Source: Cercozoa sp. M6MM
Lineage: Eukaryota > Protista > Endomyxa: Ascetosporea
NCBI GenBank assembly: GCA_040357565.1
Contig: JBDODJ010000018.1
DNA length: 64,000 nucleotides
Strand: one strand, 5' to 3'
Below the pieces are notes generated by a model that saw only the letters and a list, made by a program, of their open reading frames with translations, did not search any database and was not told the origin of the DNA. The position numbers were made by a program, and so were the translations under genes. This document shows, piece by piece, positions 25,249-38,142 of this stretch (the stretch's first letter is position 1; every line of letters starts with the position of its first letter).

Positions 25249-26437
25249 GATGGAGGATGCACCGTCCCCACTACGGGTATCTAGAGAGGTCTTGGGTGAC
25301 TGGTTTTATATTTACAGCCGTATTTATCCCCCTCAGCTGTTGATTTCTTGCTTGGCTGCGTCGTCGGGATGCATCTTCCATGTGCAGTCGCTAGCTAATA
25401 CAAAGACGTGCCGTCACAGTGTCGGTACCGTACCCTACATGCGGGCAACAATAGTGGGGAAATGGGTGACGCGTAGACATCGTTTTGCATTGAACAGAGA
25501 AGATTTTCCCGCGACGGGCACTGCATGCGGTTCTCGGTGCGTTTGTGAGCATGGCTACCTGCGCTGAGTTTGCGCTCCGAGAATACAGCGAAAGTCTCCC
25601 TGGTTGGATCGGCATCCGCTTGTCGCCTGCACCGCCTTTGCTGTTTATTTTGGTTGGATTCGTGCTACACACCGCCGCAGTCGTGTTACTTTCTGTGCCG
25701 GTGTGTTGCTCAGGGTATCGATACTCCCCTACACATGAACTGAGAAATAGCATATTAAGTTAACTGTGAGTTCAGACCAGCATGCCTGCTGGGATCACAA
25801 GTGACCTGTCTGCTGTTGCGGTACACGCTCTCGTCACTGCATGAACTGACGCCTTCTCCAATAAGGTACTCGACCGGTAAGTATTGATGTAAATTTTCGC
25901 ATATTTCCACTGACAGTTCGCTCTGGGACTTTTCTGCCATCGTACTGTTAGCCGACACATGTACTGCATTTTTAGTCTCCTTGTCAGTTGCTTTCTCGTC
26001 AGTTGCCTTGTTCCGTGATTTTCTATACAAACGTTTTTCCATCATCCAGCATACACGATGCTTTGTTGGATAAGAGGCGACTTGAAACCTGACAAGGCAA
26101 CCCTCATTGTGGAAGGTGTCGTCTTGTTGGCTATTCTACAGGTAGTTCCGGAATGGGTTTCCCGATTACCATCATTTTCCTAAACAACAGATCAGCGCGG
26201 AGCATCGGTACCCGCCAGCTGCAGTTGTTGCCGTCTGTGCATTCTTCATCGACGGTGCCCGTGAGATCTCGGGTATTGCAGTAATTTATACTCAGTACTT
26301 ACTTCGCATCAATTGCAATAGATTTATATTTACCTTCTTTAGAATTGCGAAAGCCTGCGTTGTGCGGTGTACTTTTGGCCGCATGTATCGGAATAGCTGG
26401 ACCGCTCAGGCTGCTAAACCACTCAAAGGACTTTTAG
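25249..26437 (+). CDS. hypothetical multi-pass membrane protein
   Basis: Several hydrophobic exons (ALHAVLGAFVSM, LLFILVGFVLHTAAVVLL, LIVEGVVLLAIL, LCGVLLAACIGI) with GT-AG introns; ends approximate. Confidence 0.45.
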
Positions 26438-26731
26438 CCCGAGTACGGACTCAGGCTTTGTGAGCACTTAGCTCAGGCTTGGTCCGCAGAGTTGAGTAAC
26501 TCAGTTCCGTTCAAATTCAGTGCTGTATTAACATCTGTCATTCATTGGCACCGTACCATTTAACACAAGCTAGTAGATATCAGTGGGTTCTGCTTCCAAC
26601 TTAATCGTTTCATTGTCAGTTCGCCTGAGTTGTCACGGTGTCATTGCAAAGATCAATAGAATTTTGAATGATATCTCGACCCGGGTTAGCCCTGCGAAGC
26701 AAAACATGCTTTCGCTCCAGTCGGCTCACAG

Positions 26732-28645
26732 TCAGCAGTACTGGACGCGAAGCCAGTGGTCTGAAAGGTTTTCCAGCTTGTCGACTGAAGAAATACCGAC
26801 ACAATGTGTTCACACTCGACTGTCCTGTAAAAAATTGTGTTTTGTAATTCGCTGTACCAAACTGCTTTCGTGCGTCGATGGGTTTTTTGCTCAAAAGCTC
26901 TTCGGTGCATCGCTTTAGAGCTGCGTGGGTTTCAGGGTCGCGGCGCAAGAAGTCGCTCGCGTCGAGCGCCGCATTGTGCCCAAGCACGGTCCTTGCGAAG
27001 CAAGGGAAGAAAAATTGAATTTCTCGCAGCGCACTCGCTTCCGAGTCTGCTCCATGGCAGGCGTTCATGGTTGCATCCGTGCCGAACCGGCCTCGGATGC
27101 TCATGGGAGCGTTTTTTCGTGCGGTAAAAGTGTTTGTAGGTCCAAGGTAATGTCTCCATGCAAGTATTGCATCGTCTCGCTTTAAAACCTGCAGGTATTT
27201 CATGGATGGGTACTAAAATGGAAGGGTGGTTTTGGGCGAGGCGGTACCAATGCAAGTATTGGCTTTGAACACATGAAGTCAAGAAGCTCTCCAAAGAATC
27301 TTTTCCCCTTGTGCTCGGCATAGAATTCACCGGCAACATCCGGTGTCAATTGAACTAACCAAAAGTAGGAGTCATTATATATAGCTATGCAGGTAGAAGT
27401 TGTCGTGACGGTATGTGCAGAAAAACATACCAACCTTACGCCGCACAATTGAGAACCCGCACTGATCGATTACATCAAGAATCGCATCAACGCTGCCGTT
27501 GGCCATTGTGTCGGGTTTCAACATCGCGTACGTATACTGCGTTCGGTTCTTGCCCGCAAAAAGTGAGTAGTTGTTTGAGATCTTGAGGTAGTCACTCTCG
27601 TCACAACGAAGTCTCACGAGGGCTTCTGCGCCTCGTCCTTCTACGTAGTACAGGTGCGCAGTTAAGAAGTCTGCCTTTAGCTCCACAACTTGTTCTTCTG
27701 TTAATTCTGTCTTAGACTGCTCTGTGACGAAAAAACAGCCTTCCCCTGCCTCGAGTTGAACTCGAAGAAGTTCGAGTTTTTTCTTTGATGTTGATGATGG
27801 CACTGCAACAACGACACGCTGCAGCTCTCTCGACGCGTCGATTCCGAAGTACTCAGCCACGTAGTGCTTGTACTCGGGAGATTGGCTCTCGCAGAAGTGC
27901 GCTCCGCACAGGTTGTCGATAAGCTCCCGAATGTGATTCTTCGCGTTTCTCCGAGTTACTTCAAAGGCCATCACGGCACCCGCACCAAACCTAGTGTCCA
28001 GTTGGTCTTGCTCAAGCACATGCGCTTTTTTGCGTTGGAAAAGGAAATCGCTTTCAATCATCTGTTTTTCCAGCTGCATTGCCGAATCCAAAGGGCAAAC
28101 TACGACCAGGCTCTCGAGAGGCATTCGCAAGTCCTCTGCTGCCACTGTTTCTTGCGAGAAGAAGGAATCCACTTCGACCGCATCAGCGTACAGTATGGCA
28201 ACCTTAGATTCTCCAAGCTCTTCGCTGGCACGAAAATGCAGCGACTTCAGTTGCTCTACCAGGTCGGAGATCTTCCAAAGGTAAACGTTGCTTCGTCGCA
28301 GCTTTTCCTGCATCTCAGGTCCTTGGCGCTCAATCTCATCGTACCCCCACCCAAATGCCCGCCAGCTTTCCTCACTCAACGCCCAAAGCTGAGTCATTCG
28401 ATGCTTGTGAACGTGAATGGAGGCCGACTTTTCTAACTCAGCCGTGATGAAGTCATCGTCTAGAGTGTTCAATGATCGTAGTGCAAAGACTGCTTGCTTT
28501 TCCGTTTCTTCCGCCTGTTCCATGCACACGCATTTAAAATTTACAGCTTTCATCACAAATTTGGGAAACTGAAGAAAGCCACCTCGACTTCAGGCTCGCC
28601 TGAGGCATTAGAGCCTGCCGACTGTTCCGATTCTTGCTCAATCAT
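26732..28645 (-). CDS. nucleoside diphosphate kinase-family protein (group II, axonemal type): degenerate NDK-like repeats + intact NDK domain + Dpy-30-like tail
   Basis: TYAMLKPD, FYAEHKGKRFF..L.DFM.S, WRHYLGP, SIRGRFGTDATMNACHGADS..ALREIQFFF, followed by AALKRCTEELLSKKPIDA (Dpy-30-like). Last exon boundary uncertain. Confidence 0.85.
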
Positions 28646-29085
28646 CTCTCTCTCTCTCTCTCTCTCGGCTACTAATCCGTTAGCTGTGCACCTCGTCGCC
28701 TTCCGTCACCGACTTTCCTGGTATTCTTCTGTGAAACGCTCGGACAAACCAAACGCAACTGGTTCGCTTATTGGGTGTCGATACGGATATCCTTCGGCAG
28801 CGGACAACGGTAACCTCCCGACATACAGATCGCATCTAAAAGATACTTGCGGTGGCAATGCAGCTGACGCTCGCGGCTCGCTCACTTCAGGAGGCGTGTA
28901 ACGGTACGATATCGTACGTACCTCGTCTATCGTTTCGTTTCGCTGAGATATATCGTGTTCGTGCACGACAACTGAAACAGACATGAAACGAAAACGAAAG
29001 TCCCTCGAGTCGAGTGACTGAGGTAGTCACGTCTCCGCACTTAGTTAGACGAACGAACCGCACGGGAACGCAACCAACGACTTGC

Positions 29086-30642
29086 TTAAACCGACCGCTG
29101 CTCAATCCACTGCTTGACAACTTCGCAGCTTTCTTGTCGCGTGCTTGGTTCTACAACACGGACGGATATAAAAAGAGTCAAAGTTACATGAACAAGCGAT
29201 GCGCAAAAGCGAAAACGACGAGTACCAAGAAAGAGGCAATGTGGGCCATCCTCCACTAAGTGCAACGTTTTGTCCTTAGAGCGCGACTCGGCGAAAAGTT
29301 GCTCGCTGAGCGTTGGCGAGGTCATGCGATCGGCAGTGCCTGAAATATATTTTTAACAAGTTCGGAGAGTTCGACACAAATAACAAGGAGACCAACAAAA
29401 GCTTAGTTACCGTGCAAAACCAGGAAAGGCACGTCCAGCAAATCCAGACACGTTGCGATATGAAGAGAAGTGTCGAGCAGCTCGCACGACAACTCGGTTT
29501 TGAACATGTCGGTGCTGTAAAAGGGTCCATCGCGTAGCCGACGTCGCATATCATTGTCCCAGCAGCTGCAGCAAACTCGACTCAAAAGATACGTAGTTTA
29601 CACTGACAAAGAAGTTGATCTACAGTGACCCGATGATGGCACTTCGCGGTATCAATTTCGCCTTCGGGAAAATCCAGCGTAGCGCCTGCAATAGCTGCAC
29701 ACAGACCCATCGATGTAAAATACCACTACCACAACAACAAAAACAACAACAGCAACAGCAGCAGCAACAACAACATCCACAACAACAAGTGTCGGTACCT
29801 TAATCTGATACTCTGGCGGTTTCAATAGAATGCCGAGCATCGGCGCGGAAAAGATTGAACCGCGGTGGCCCAAAGCACGCAGCTGCCGTTTATATCGCGT
29901 GCTTAAGTAGAAGTTGACTGCGCCGCCCATGCTCTCACCTAGTGTGAAGAAAGGCACGTCGCGACAGTCTTCCAAGAAGCTCTCCTCTTCTCGCACATGC
30001 CGAACGAAGCTCAACTGCGCAACGAGCCGTCATTCAAAACAGCATGCACATAGAAACAATACATAAATTGTTACAGTGTCATCAACGAGACCGTCGAAAC
30101 CGTTGGCGCCGAGTTCAATCCAAGGGCCGTCACTAAATCCGTGTCCTTCCGGCTCCAGCACGCAGATGGCAGCTTCAAAAATAAGGCATGATTGCAACTT
30201 ACATACAAGAACATGACGTACCGTCTAACAGGTGGACCCAACGGTGAAACTCCAGCAATGACACCCATCGTGCTCTGCCATTAACATCAACGAGGAAAGA
30301 GCAAAAAGGTGTAGGTCTTTTTTATACGATTCGTTTAGTCCGAGGATGCGGACCAGGACGAGCTTCACTGGCCGATCTCTTGGCCGCCACAAACGATACT
30401 ACAGTCTTATACCAACGTAAACATACGGACGGGATAGCAGGCATGATAGATGGACACACGGCAAGTCGGCGCCCTTCGAGACACAGAGTTCCGTCCTTGT
30501 TGAGCAAACCCGGTGGTGTGCACAAATCGGCGTCGCGCGGAATGCGAAGCCTCCGCCGTGCCGCACCTGACTCCCTGGGCTCACCGTCAAACGCGCCCTT
30601 GTTGAACTGAAGGTGTGCACGCGCTATTTCTTCGTCACGCAT
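29086..30642 (-). CDS. alpha/beta-hydrolase, monoacylglycerol lipase/lysophospholipase (Hydrolase_4)-like
   Basis: EGHGFSDG, FTLGESMGGA (nucleophile), IFSAPM, VPFLVLHG.ADRMT (Asp), GPHCLF.EP (His). Confidence 0.88.
29725..29788. repeat. intronic (CAA/CAG)n trinucleotide repeat
   Basis: Lies in an intron of the minus-strand lipase. Confidence 0.85.
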
Positions 30643-31111
30643 ATTATTTCGGACACCGTCTGATTTGTCGGAATGTTCACGTTCAGCAGAAACGCGCCAC
30701 TCAGAGCAAAGGTGCTAAGACATACCCACTTGCGGCACACCAGCTGTGGCGCCTGTTTAGACGACAAAAGCCTGAAGCAAAGGACAGAGCAATGATGTAG
30801 TACTGTAAGACCGTACCGTTACAAAGTCAATCCGGGTGATCGCACGACTTTGGCACTTTTGAGGTCCAAAATACCAACAAAATGCACTTGCACACTCTAT
30901 GTGCCGCTCACTGGCTGCACCGTGCTTGCGGACGCTTGCGCGGACAATGATCGGTTTTTACTGTACAGCACGTACAACCTACAGTACAGCACAAGTAGTA
31001 TAGCGCAAGCGGCTTGTGCAGCAGTGTGCCCTTTGAGTTGTAGTGTCTAGCGCCCGATCACGTCTCGTAGTGGCGAGCTTTTTGTGAATCCTCTCTGGGG
31101 AGCAACACACA

Positions 31112-31647
31112 ATGGGGGCCTCTGTGTCAAGCGATGCCTTGACTGGCGGTGTGCCGAGTGAGTTGTTTTTCTGCTGTAATAATCATGTCAATACACATGG
31201 CGGCATTGATTTTAATCCAATACGGTAGTTGAATCCTCATTTTGTCGCAAGAAGGCCTCCAAGGTAAAGATTAGTCCCACATCTCTTGTGGAGTTGATCA
31301 CACAGTTTGTGTTTTCAGATGCGAAGGAAGGCGACGCCCGAATCGCTACAGCGTGACGTGGCGCGACTGAACGCACTGTGCCGCTGGCTGGCGCACCCGC
31401 GTAAAGCTTCCAAAGTGCACGAGAGGTGTAGAGCTTTTGCACCTCCGACTCTGTTCTCGTAGAGACTGGCACGAAACTGTTCTTTGAGGTGGCAACACGC
31501 TTCGACAATCCTTCGCTAGCGCGCTCGTTCTGGCGGCTGCCGAGGTAGCGCGTCTGCTGAGTTGGAACAATGTAGCAGCAAGTGTTTGTGTGTCTTTGTG
31601 TCTGTGTCTGTGTCTGTGTCTTCTGCCTTGTGTCTTGTGTGTGTGTG

Positions 31648-31727
<80 letters not shown>

Positions 31728-32717
31728 GTTTGTGCATGTAGAGCCACCGTGATTGTGGCGTGGCAACAAGGCGAAACCAGGGCCGACGGTGGCAATGCAC
31801 ACCTGAGCACTCGACGGTACTTCCTGGTGCCGACGCGACGCCGACCCGAGCATGTACCTTCCTAACCTCAGACAGACAAAACAGCAAAATACATTAGTGT
31901 CCTTGTGGGTGTGCAGTTGAGCTCTCCGCGTGCGTTGAGTGTGCACGACTTCTACCGCGTGCTGTACTTTGTGCAAAACAACGCGAGCGCCTTCACACAG
32001 CCCTCGGAGGAACCATCGCACGACACGGTCGATCAGGAGACACACGATGACGACGATGACTTTAGCGACGACGATGGCGACTGTCCAATGTAACTGTGCG
32101 TGTGTATGACATGTGCGTCTTTCCTTCTCTTTATTATCTTTGTCCAGCTGTCTGGAACGTGATGCCACTGTTGTTCTCTCTTGCACGCACACGTTCTGCT
32201 CTGGTGGGTCTATCTGTATGTGTGCGCGTGTCTGTGTTTACGTGTCTGTTTACGTGTCTGTGTTTATGTGTCTGTGTGGTTGTTAGAGTGCATGGAAGAG
32301 TGGCGTCAAAAGCAGGTATCCGCTTGCCTCTTGTTCGGCAGTCTGCCCACACATGGGCTTTGGTTCAGTCCGAGGCGGCTGAGTGCCCCATGTGCCGTGC
32401 CAGTTGTGCCGACGAAGCCAGTGATTGGAACCTCCTTGACGAGGATTCGGTAAGTCAGTCTGTCTCTGTGTTTTTATTGTATCCGATGTCAACCCTACAT
32501 TTAGAACGAGCTGCTCGACTCGGTTCTCAACTCGCCGTTCGCTTTTGTCGCAGCTCAACCGTACCTGGCTTTCCAATCAACTCATCGCACCTTGACACGC
32601 TTGTTTTTTTTGCCTTCAATGATGTGACATACCGACAGTCGCTTGGACGATTCAAATCTGCAGCTGCTCGCTGTGGCCACCGGCGCTGCGCGAGAACCAC
32701 CTGTCGACAACAATTAG
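31112..32717 (+). CDS. RNF141: RING-finger E3 ligase, RNF141-like, N-myristoylation motif
   Basis: Starts MGASVS. Spliced C3HC4 RING CPICLERDATVVLSCTHTFCSECMEEW..CPMCR, followed by DWNLLD; upstream VARLNAL and LSVHDF blocks resemble RNF141. Confidence 0.75.
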
Positions 32718-33025
32718 AACGGCATTTTACCAAACGAGCCCCGAACTGATTATTTGTAGAAATACAACACGATGACGCGGACATGCTATGTCACGTTAAA
32801 TCGGGTCGGGTAGGGCTGAATGATTGAAGAAATCACGAGATATTCATCAATCAGCCAGTCAGGTGGTCACAAGGTGCTACAATTTAATTCGGAAACTATC
32901 GGCACCGCAGTGTGTGTGAGTGTGCCCAGTGTCTGAACGAGTGCCAACGTACGTATATGGTGCTTTCAGTGTCCTGTTGGGGGTTCGTCAGGTGAACTTG
33001 TTTGTTTTGTGCACCATTGCTGTAG

Positions 33026-34219
33026 ATGGCAAGCGAGCAGCAGCAGAAGGTTCTGGTGATTGGAGGCGGCTGTGCCGGTCTTGGCACCGCTGTCACACTC
33101 GCGTAAATTTTCTGCTTTGCTGACTAGACTTGAGATATTCTGGACGCTCGATTTGTTTGTAGTTCGCGCGGCGTGCCGACTGTGCTCGTCAGCGATGAGT
33201 TTTCGCCACTTACGACATCAGACGTTAGTGCTGGGTATCCATCTAAAGACGATTGTGGCAGAAAGCGGTCTCTGTGAATTGCCTAAATTATATGTTTGAT
33301 GTAAATTTAGCTTCTGGGAACCGATTATGGTGAAGGAATGCGGTGCCGACGCTGCTGCCTTGGAACGCACGCGTCGCTGTAAAATGCACAGTTTTAACCC
33401 CTTGCCTTGGTGTCCTTATCTTGTTTATTTCTTTCGATGCTGGTTAGGGTCGGGCACAACGTTTGACTTTCTGACTGAGGTGATGCACGCTTTCGGTACG
33501 CCGGCTTCGGGGTGCTCGCTGTGCAGTGGCTTCGGTACGCCGCCGCCTAGCTCTTGCTCTGTACAATTGATATGTTGGATTCTTGCTGTTCCCAAATCAG
33601 AGCTGCTCAAGGAGAAGAACGCAAAGCCGCACTTTTACTCGGACCTCGCTATCGGCTTCCGTAGTCTCTCGGACCGCGACATTGCACGCATTACAAATGG
33701 CAACGATTACGGCACGGCGTTTGCTTGGACAACTGTCATGTGCGACCAGCGAATGTACTTGCCTTTTCTGCTGCGTCACTTTGTCGCGCTCGGCGGCGAG
33801 GTGCAGCAGCGCCGGGTCTCTAGTCTGCTGGAGGAAACGCAGCAGTACGCTGCTGTCGTCAACTGCACTGGCCTGGTATACACTATAATTGTACTGATTA
33901 ACCCTACATATCTACGTGATACCTACTGGACAGGGTGCTACTGATCTCGATGTCGGCGAATCCAACATGCTGCCTACTCGTGGTCAGGTAGTTATCTCCC
34001 GTTGTGTTGGGTGCTGTCGCTGTGCATGTTATTGTGCACCCAGGTCGTCAAACGCAAGAACCGCGGTGTTTCGCATTTCTGGATGACTGACGATGTACCT
34101 CTCTGTGTGTTTCCCACAGTAGTTGACAGATATACACTCTCTACAGGGTCCGGGTGGACACTGCGTTTATGTACTGCCGCGTCCTGATTCGACCGTCGTC
34201 ACTGGCGGCACTTTCCAAG
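33026..34219 (+). CDS. DAO: D-amino acid / D-aspartate oxidase (FAD-dependent); 3' end lost in N gap
   Basis: VLVIGGGCAGL, TTSDVSAGFWEP, MYLPFL, VVNCTGLGA, PTRGQVV, YVLPR..VVTGGTFQ. The C-terminal HNYGHGGxG motif is not in the visible sequence. Confidence 0.9.
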
Positions 34220-34221
34220 TA

Positions 34222-34279
<58 letters not shown>

Positions 34280-34379
34280 NNNNNNNNNNNNNNNNNNNNN
34301 NNNNNNNNNNNNNNNNNNNNNNNNNNNNNNNNNNNNNNNNNNNNNNNNNNNNNNNNNNNNNNNNNNNNNNNNNNNNNNN
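34280..34379. other. assembly gap (100 N) hiding the DAO 3' end and the start of the next gene
   Basis: N run between (CA)n and (GT)n. Confidence 1.
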
Positions 34380-34428
<49 letters not shown>

Positions 34429-34446
34429 CTATCACCGTCTTTCAGG

Positions 34447-35458
34447 CAGGTGCACTGGCAGCATGTGTCCTCGCAGTACTGGTGACGGTGGCGGCGTCAC
34501 AGTCGACTTATGAGCTGCACGTGCATCATTATATCATCGCCTTGTTGCTGTGGGCACTTACACCCTTTCGACACTGGACTTCGTGCCTCATCCAGGGCGC
34601 CTGCATCGGTATCATCCAATGCAGTGTTGCAGACTGTACATAACGCTTCTGACCCACCCGCACAGGCATGTTCATTGATGGCATTGTTCAATGGGGCCCC
34701 GACCCACTTTTTTCGAGGCATGTGACGCCTCGCTTCGCCAGTTTCGACGTGCTCACTGTGTGGAAACATTCTATCAATTTACGTTTGTTCTCGTGTCCGC
34801 CTTGTACCCTTTATTTCTTGGTTTGCTCACAGGATGGCGATGGCTCGATTGGCAACTTTAGCGTTATCTTGGACTGGTCGTCACCTGCGGTTCACCTTTA
34901 TTCTCCCTAACCCATATGAGCTAGTCCTCTTCAATATGAGCAGAACCACCAATGGCAGGACGAGCTGAATCGCGCGCAGGTCTCGGTCAACAACGTCTTG
35001 ATCTCGGATGCTCTCGACAGCACGCGGCGCTTTGTGTTTTCGGAGCAACTGCTGGAGGACCTGCTGGGCGAGAGCAAGCAGGCTGGTAACGCTTCTTTTG
35101 CTTTGTTAGAAGAAGTTTTGGCTAAGTGTTTCGTATGTACAGTATTCCTTGCGGGTGCACGATTTACAGGTGGGTTTCTCGCAGAGTCGACCTACTGGTC
35201 GCGGCCTGTCCAACTGTACCATGCTTTTGTTTCTTGTTGCGATGCTGTTCTTTGACTGGATGTGAATCTCGCAATATTGTGTTTTGCAGAGACCTCGCGA
35301 AGCTGCGCGAGCAAGCGAGTGAACCAGAGGCTTCGAAGCCGAGAATTCGAGCAGCAAATTTCGCGGGAAGCAACGACCAACATCGGTATCGCTCGGCCGA
35401 GCTCGGCGAGCTTGCGATGAGCATAGGCCGGGTTTTTGACTTGAGAAGCGAAGGCTAA
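34447..35458 (+). CDS. hypothetical, probably secreted protein; 5' end in gap
   Basis: First visible exon ALAACVLAVLVTVAASQSTYELH resembles a signal peptide end; several GT-AG introns join into one frame ending FDLRSEG*. Confidence 0.55.
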
Positions 35459-35990
35459 AACTCGACTGCGTCCGCATGCGTACGTGCGTACTGTAGCGAC
35501 ATCGAATGAACTCGGGTCGAACCAACTTTAACCTAACTAACTAAACGTACACCACTGCCGTGTACGTACGCTACCGTACTGTGCTGTAGCGTAGAAAGTG
35601 CGAAACTAACTAAATTCCAGTCAAAATCCGACAACTGACACCACTTAGAAGCAGCGGGGCACGCCACACGCGCAGTTGTTTGTACTTTCGTTAGGCTAGT
35701 TAAATGCGAGCGTTAGTTCTCACTTCGTGACTATAGAACAGGTGTTTATGCTTTTCACCCCTTGCTCACTTTCAGATGAGTGCAAACTTAGCCTGCATTG
35801 TGCACGTCATGTTGAAACTGCTGAGTTTGTCGCTGCTGTCGGTTTGCCGCGCCAGTTTTTCTGATGAACAGGTAGGTGTAATCTGCATCGATCGCTGGAT
35901 TTCATTGGCATCAAACGGCGGCCTGTAAAATTTGAACAACTTCAGACCCCGGTATACAGCTGGGAGCGACGTAACCAGCCACGCCTGCCA

Positions 35991-37647
35991 ATGATCGCCG
36001 CAACACAGCCTTGTATTGTCGTTGCAGAGGCATCCGACTTCCCTGGTCCTGATAGCAGTTGCCGACCCCACTGCTCGCGCCGGCACAGTGACTCACATTT
36101 TGAGTTCCGAGCGAAGAGAGGTACCGCCCTGTAGTCACCACACACCGCTTCGCGGTTGTTCTGACACAATACTAGCGAAACTGGTTTGGAAGCAGTACTA
36201 CCACGTTCCGTGTGTGTGAGTTGCGATAACGCAGACTTCTATCGACGCACAGCTTGCACTCCGGGAGACACTGACAGTGATGGCAGAACCAGTAGCAGCG
36301 ACTCTGACACCAGCCAGGAGGTTTGCGTGTCTCCGATCACGCAGACGGCAACTTCGCCTCCAAACGGTGACTCGCAGCCAAGCTGCGAGGAAGAAGCTGA
36401 CCGATTTGTCCGCATGTACTTCGGTAAATTGTTCGCTGACCTACTGTATCATAATTTGGAGAGGGGTTTTGAATTTTAGACCAAGAGCAGAAAGCGCACA
36501 GAGACGGCTTGCAGCCGACGACGTACCTGAACACGAACACTAGTCAATCGCCGTCACACCGGTACCGGCAAAGAGTCATGGCGTGGCTGAGAGATGGTAC
36601 TTACTTGTTTTGCTTCAACGTGTCCCGCCTGGGTACACTTGAGGTCTGTTTAGTGGTGAAACTAAAACGCTACGATGCTCGTTTGTGTGCGACGGCGGCA
36701 TTGATTTACGACCGAGCTATGTCACAGTTGTGTCACGACGCGAGCTTTCGGATACCCCAAGAGTACCCTCTTCACCTTCAGTTTTGTCCAATTAAGTTCA
36801 GTTGGTTTCTAAATCGATGGCGACGAATCTGGACAGACTGCAAGCTGTCGCAATCACGAGTCTCGTTTTGGCGTCCAAATACGTCGGAGCGTAGATATTA
36901 TCTTACGCCATAATGTGTACATTTACCCTAGACCTGCAATGTATTGTGCAGACCCAACCCAGAGATGTGTGAGAAAGAGGCATCCCGGCTGTGTGCCGAT
37001 GCTGTTGCGACATCACCATCGAACATTGCTGCCTGGCAGGTGTCTCGACACTCTTTCTCTAGCTAGTTTGCCCTTCCTTCAAGCGCAGTTCAAGCACAAA
37101 CTGAAGTTTGTATTGTGTGATTTTTAGAGTCGCATCCTCAACCTCCTCCAGTTTCGTCTGATGATGCCAACTCTCGTGGATTTTCTCGACGAAGTGGCAC
37201 CTTCGGTTGCACTAGAGCACTTGGCGTTCCTACGCGATCAAGTGGTGTTCAAAACGCACAGATTTGCGACAATGTATGCGCAGCCACAATCGTTGCAAGC
37301 AGTGGCGGTGCTCCAGTCGCTTGCGCGTCTCTCCAATGATAGAAGTGTCACAGAGCAGCTGGAGGTATTGCAAATCAATTACCACCTTGTATCCTTAATT
37401 AATTACTCTCCAATTTGGATTGAGCTTGACTGAAACTGAACAGCTGCAAGCAGTTCGACTCCTGAAAGCAACGCCTGCACAATACAATTTGTCGAATCTG
37501 CCTGACATGGTTGGTACGCAGTCCAGTTCTTCGGAAAAGTGTCAAAGCAAACAAGGTCCAGTTCTTCGAAAAAGTGTACTTGGCAGAATCGATTCTGGAC
37601 GGTGCAACGTTGTGATGAAATCGACGCTGTTCACAGTCTGCCAATGA
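35991..37647 (+). CDS. divergent cyclin (cyclin N-terminal box); start uncertain
   Basis: YRQRVMAWLRD, TAALIYDR, LQAVAITSLVLASKY, RILNLLQFRLMMPTLVDFL. Confidence 0.8.
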
Positions 37648-38142
37648 AGTGAACTGTCCGACATATCCCAGAATCCAGAGATCGGACGCAAGCCCATCGA
37701 TGCGGGCTGCAGGATCGTACGCAGCGCCGCTTTCGCTTACAGCCTGAGTAATTCATTTACGTTACCGTAAATTACAGGCAGTAAAATTTACAGTACTGAC
37801 AGTAGTTAGTTAGTTCAGTCTTCTAAGAACGTTGAAGCTTGGCGACACGAAGCCGTCAAGCGTGCGTCATTGGGGTACGAGGTCGTTCACTACACGTCCA
37901 CGCAGACTCCCTTGGCGTCAACGTTCGCCCTGCAGCAGTCTCGTCTCAGTACTGACAGTACTACGGTACGCGACTGACCAACCCTGAGCAGGCTGCCTGA
38001 GCGCTAGCTGAGGGTACCTACGAGTACGTACGGTAGACAACTGCACTTTAAATATCTCTTCGACTTGACTGTCGCAACGGTAAGTACTAGCTACGAGTAT
38101 GTACGATAGACAGGTGCACTTTATATATATATATATATATAC

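Noticed and set aside
29615-29803. Poly-glutamine ORF on +
   Set aside because: Antisense reading of a (GTT/GCT)n repeat within a lipase intron.
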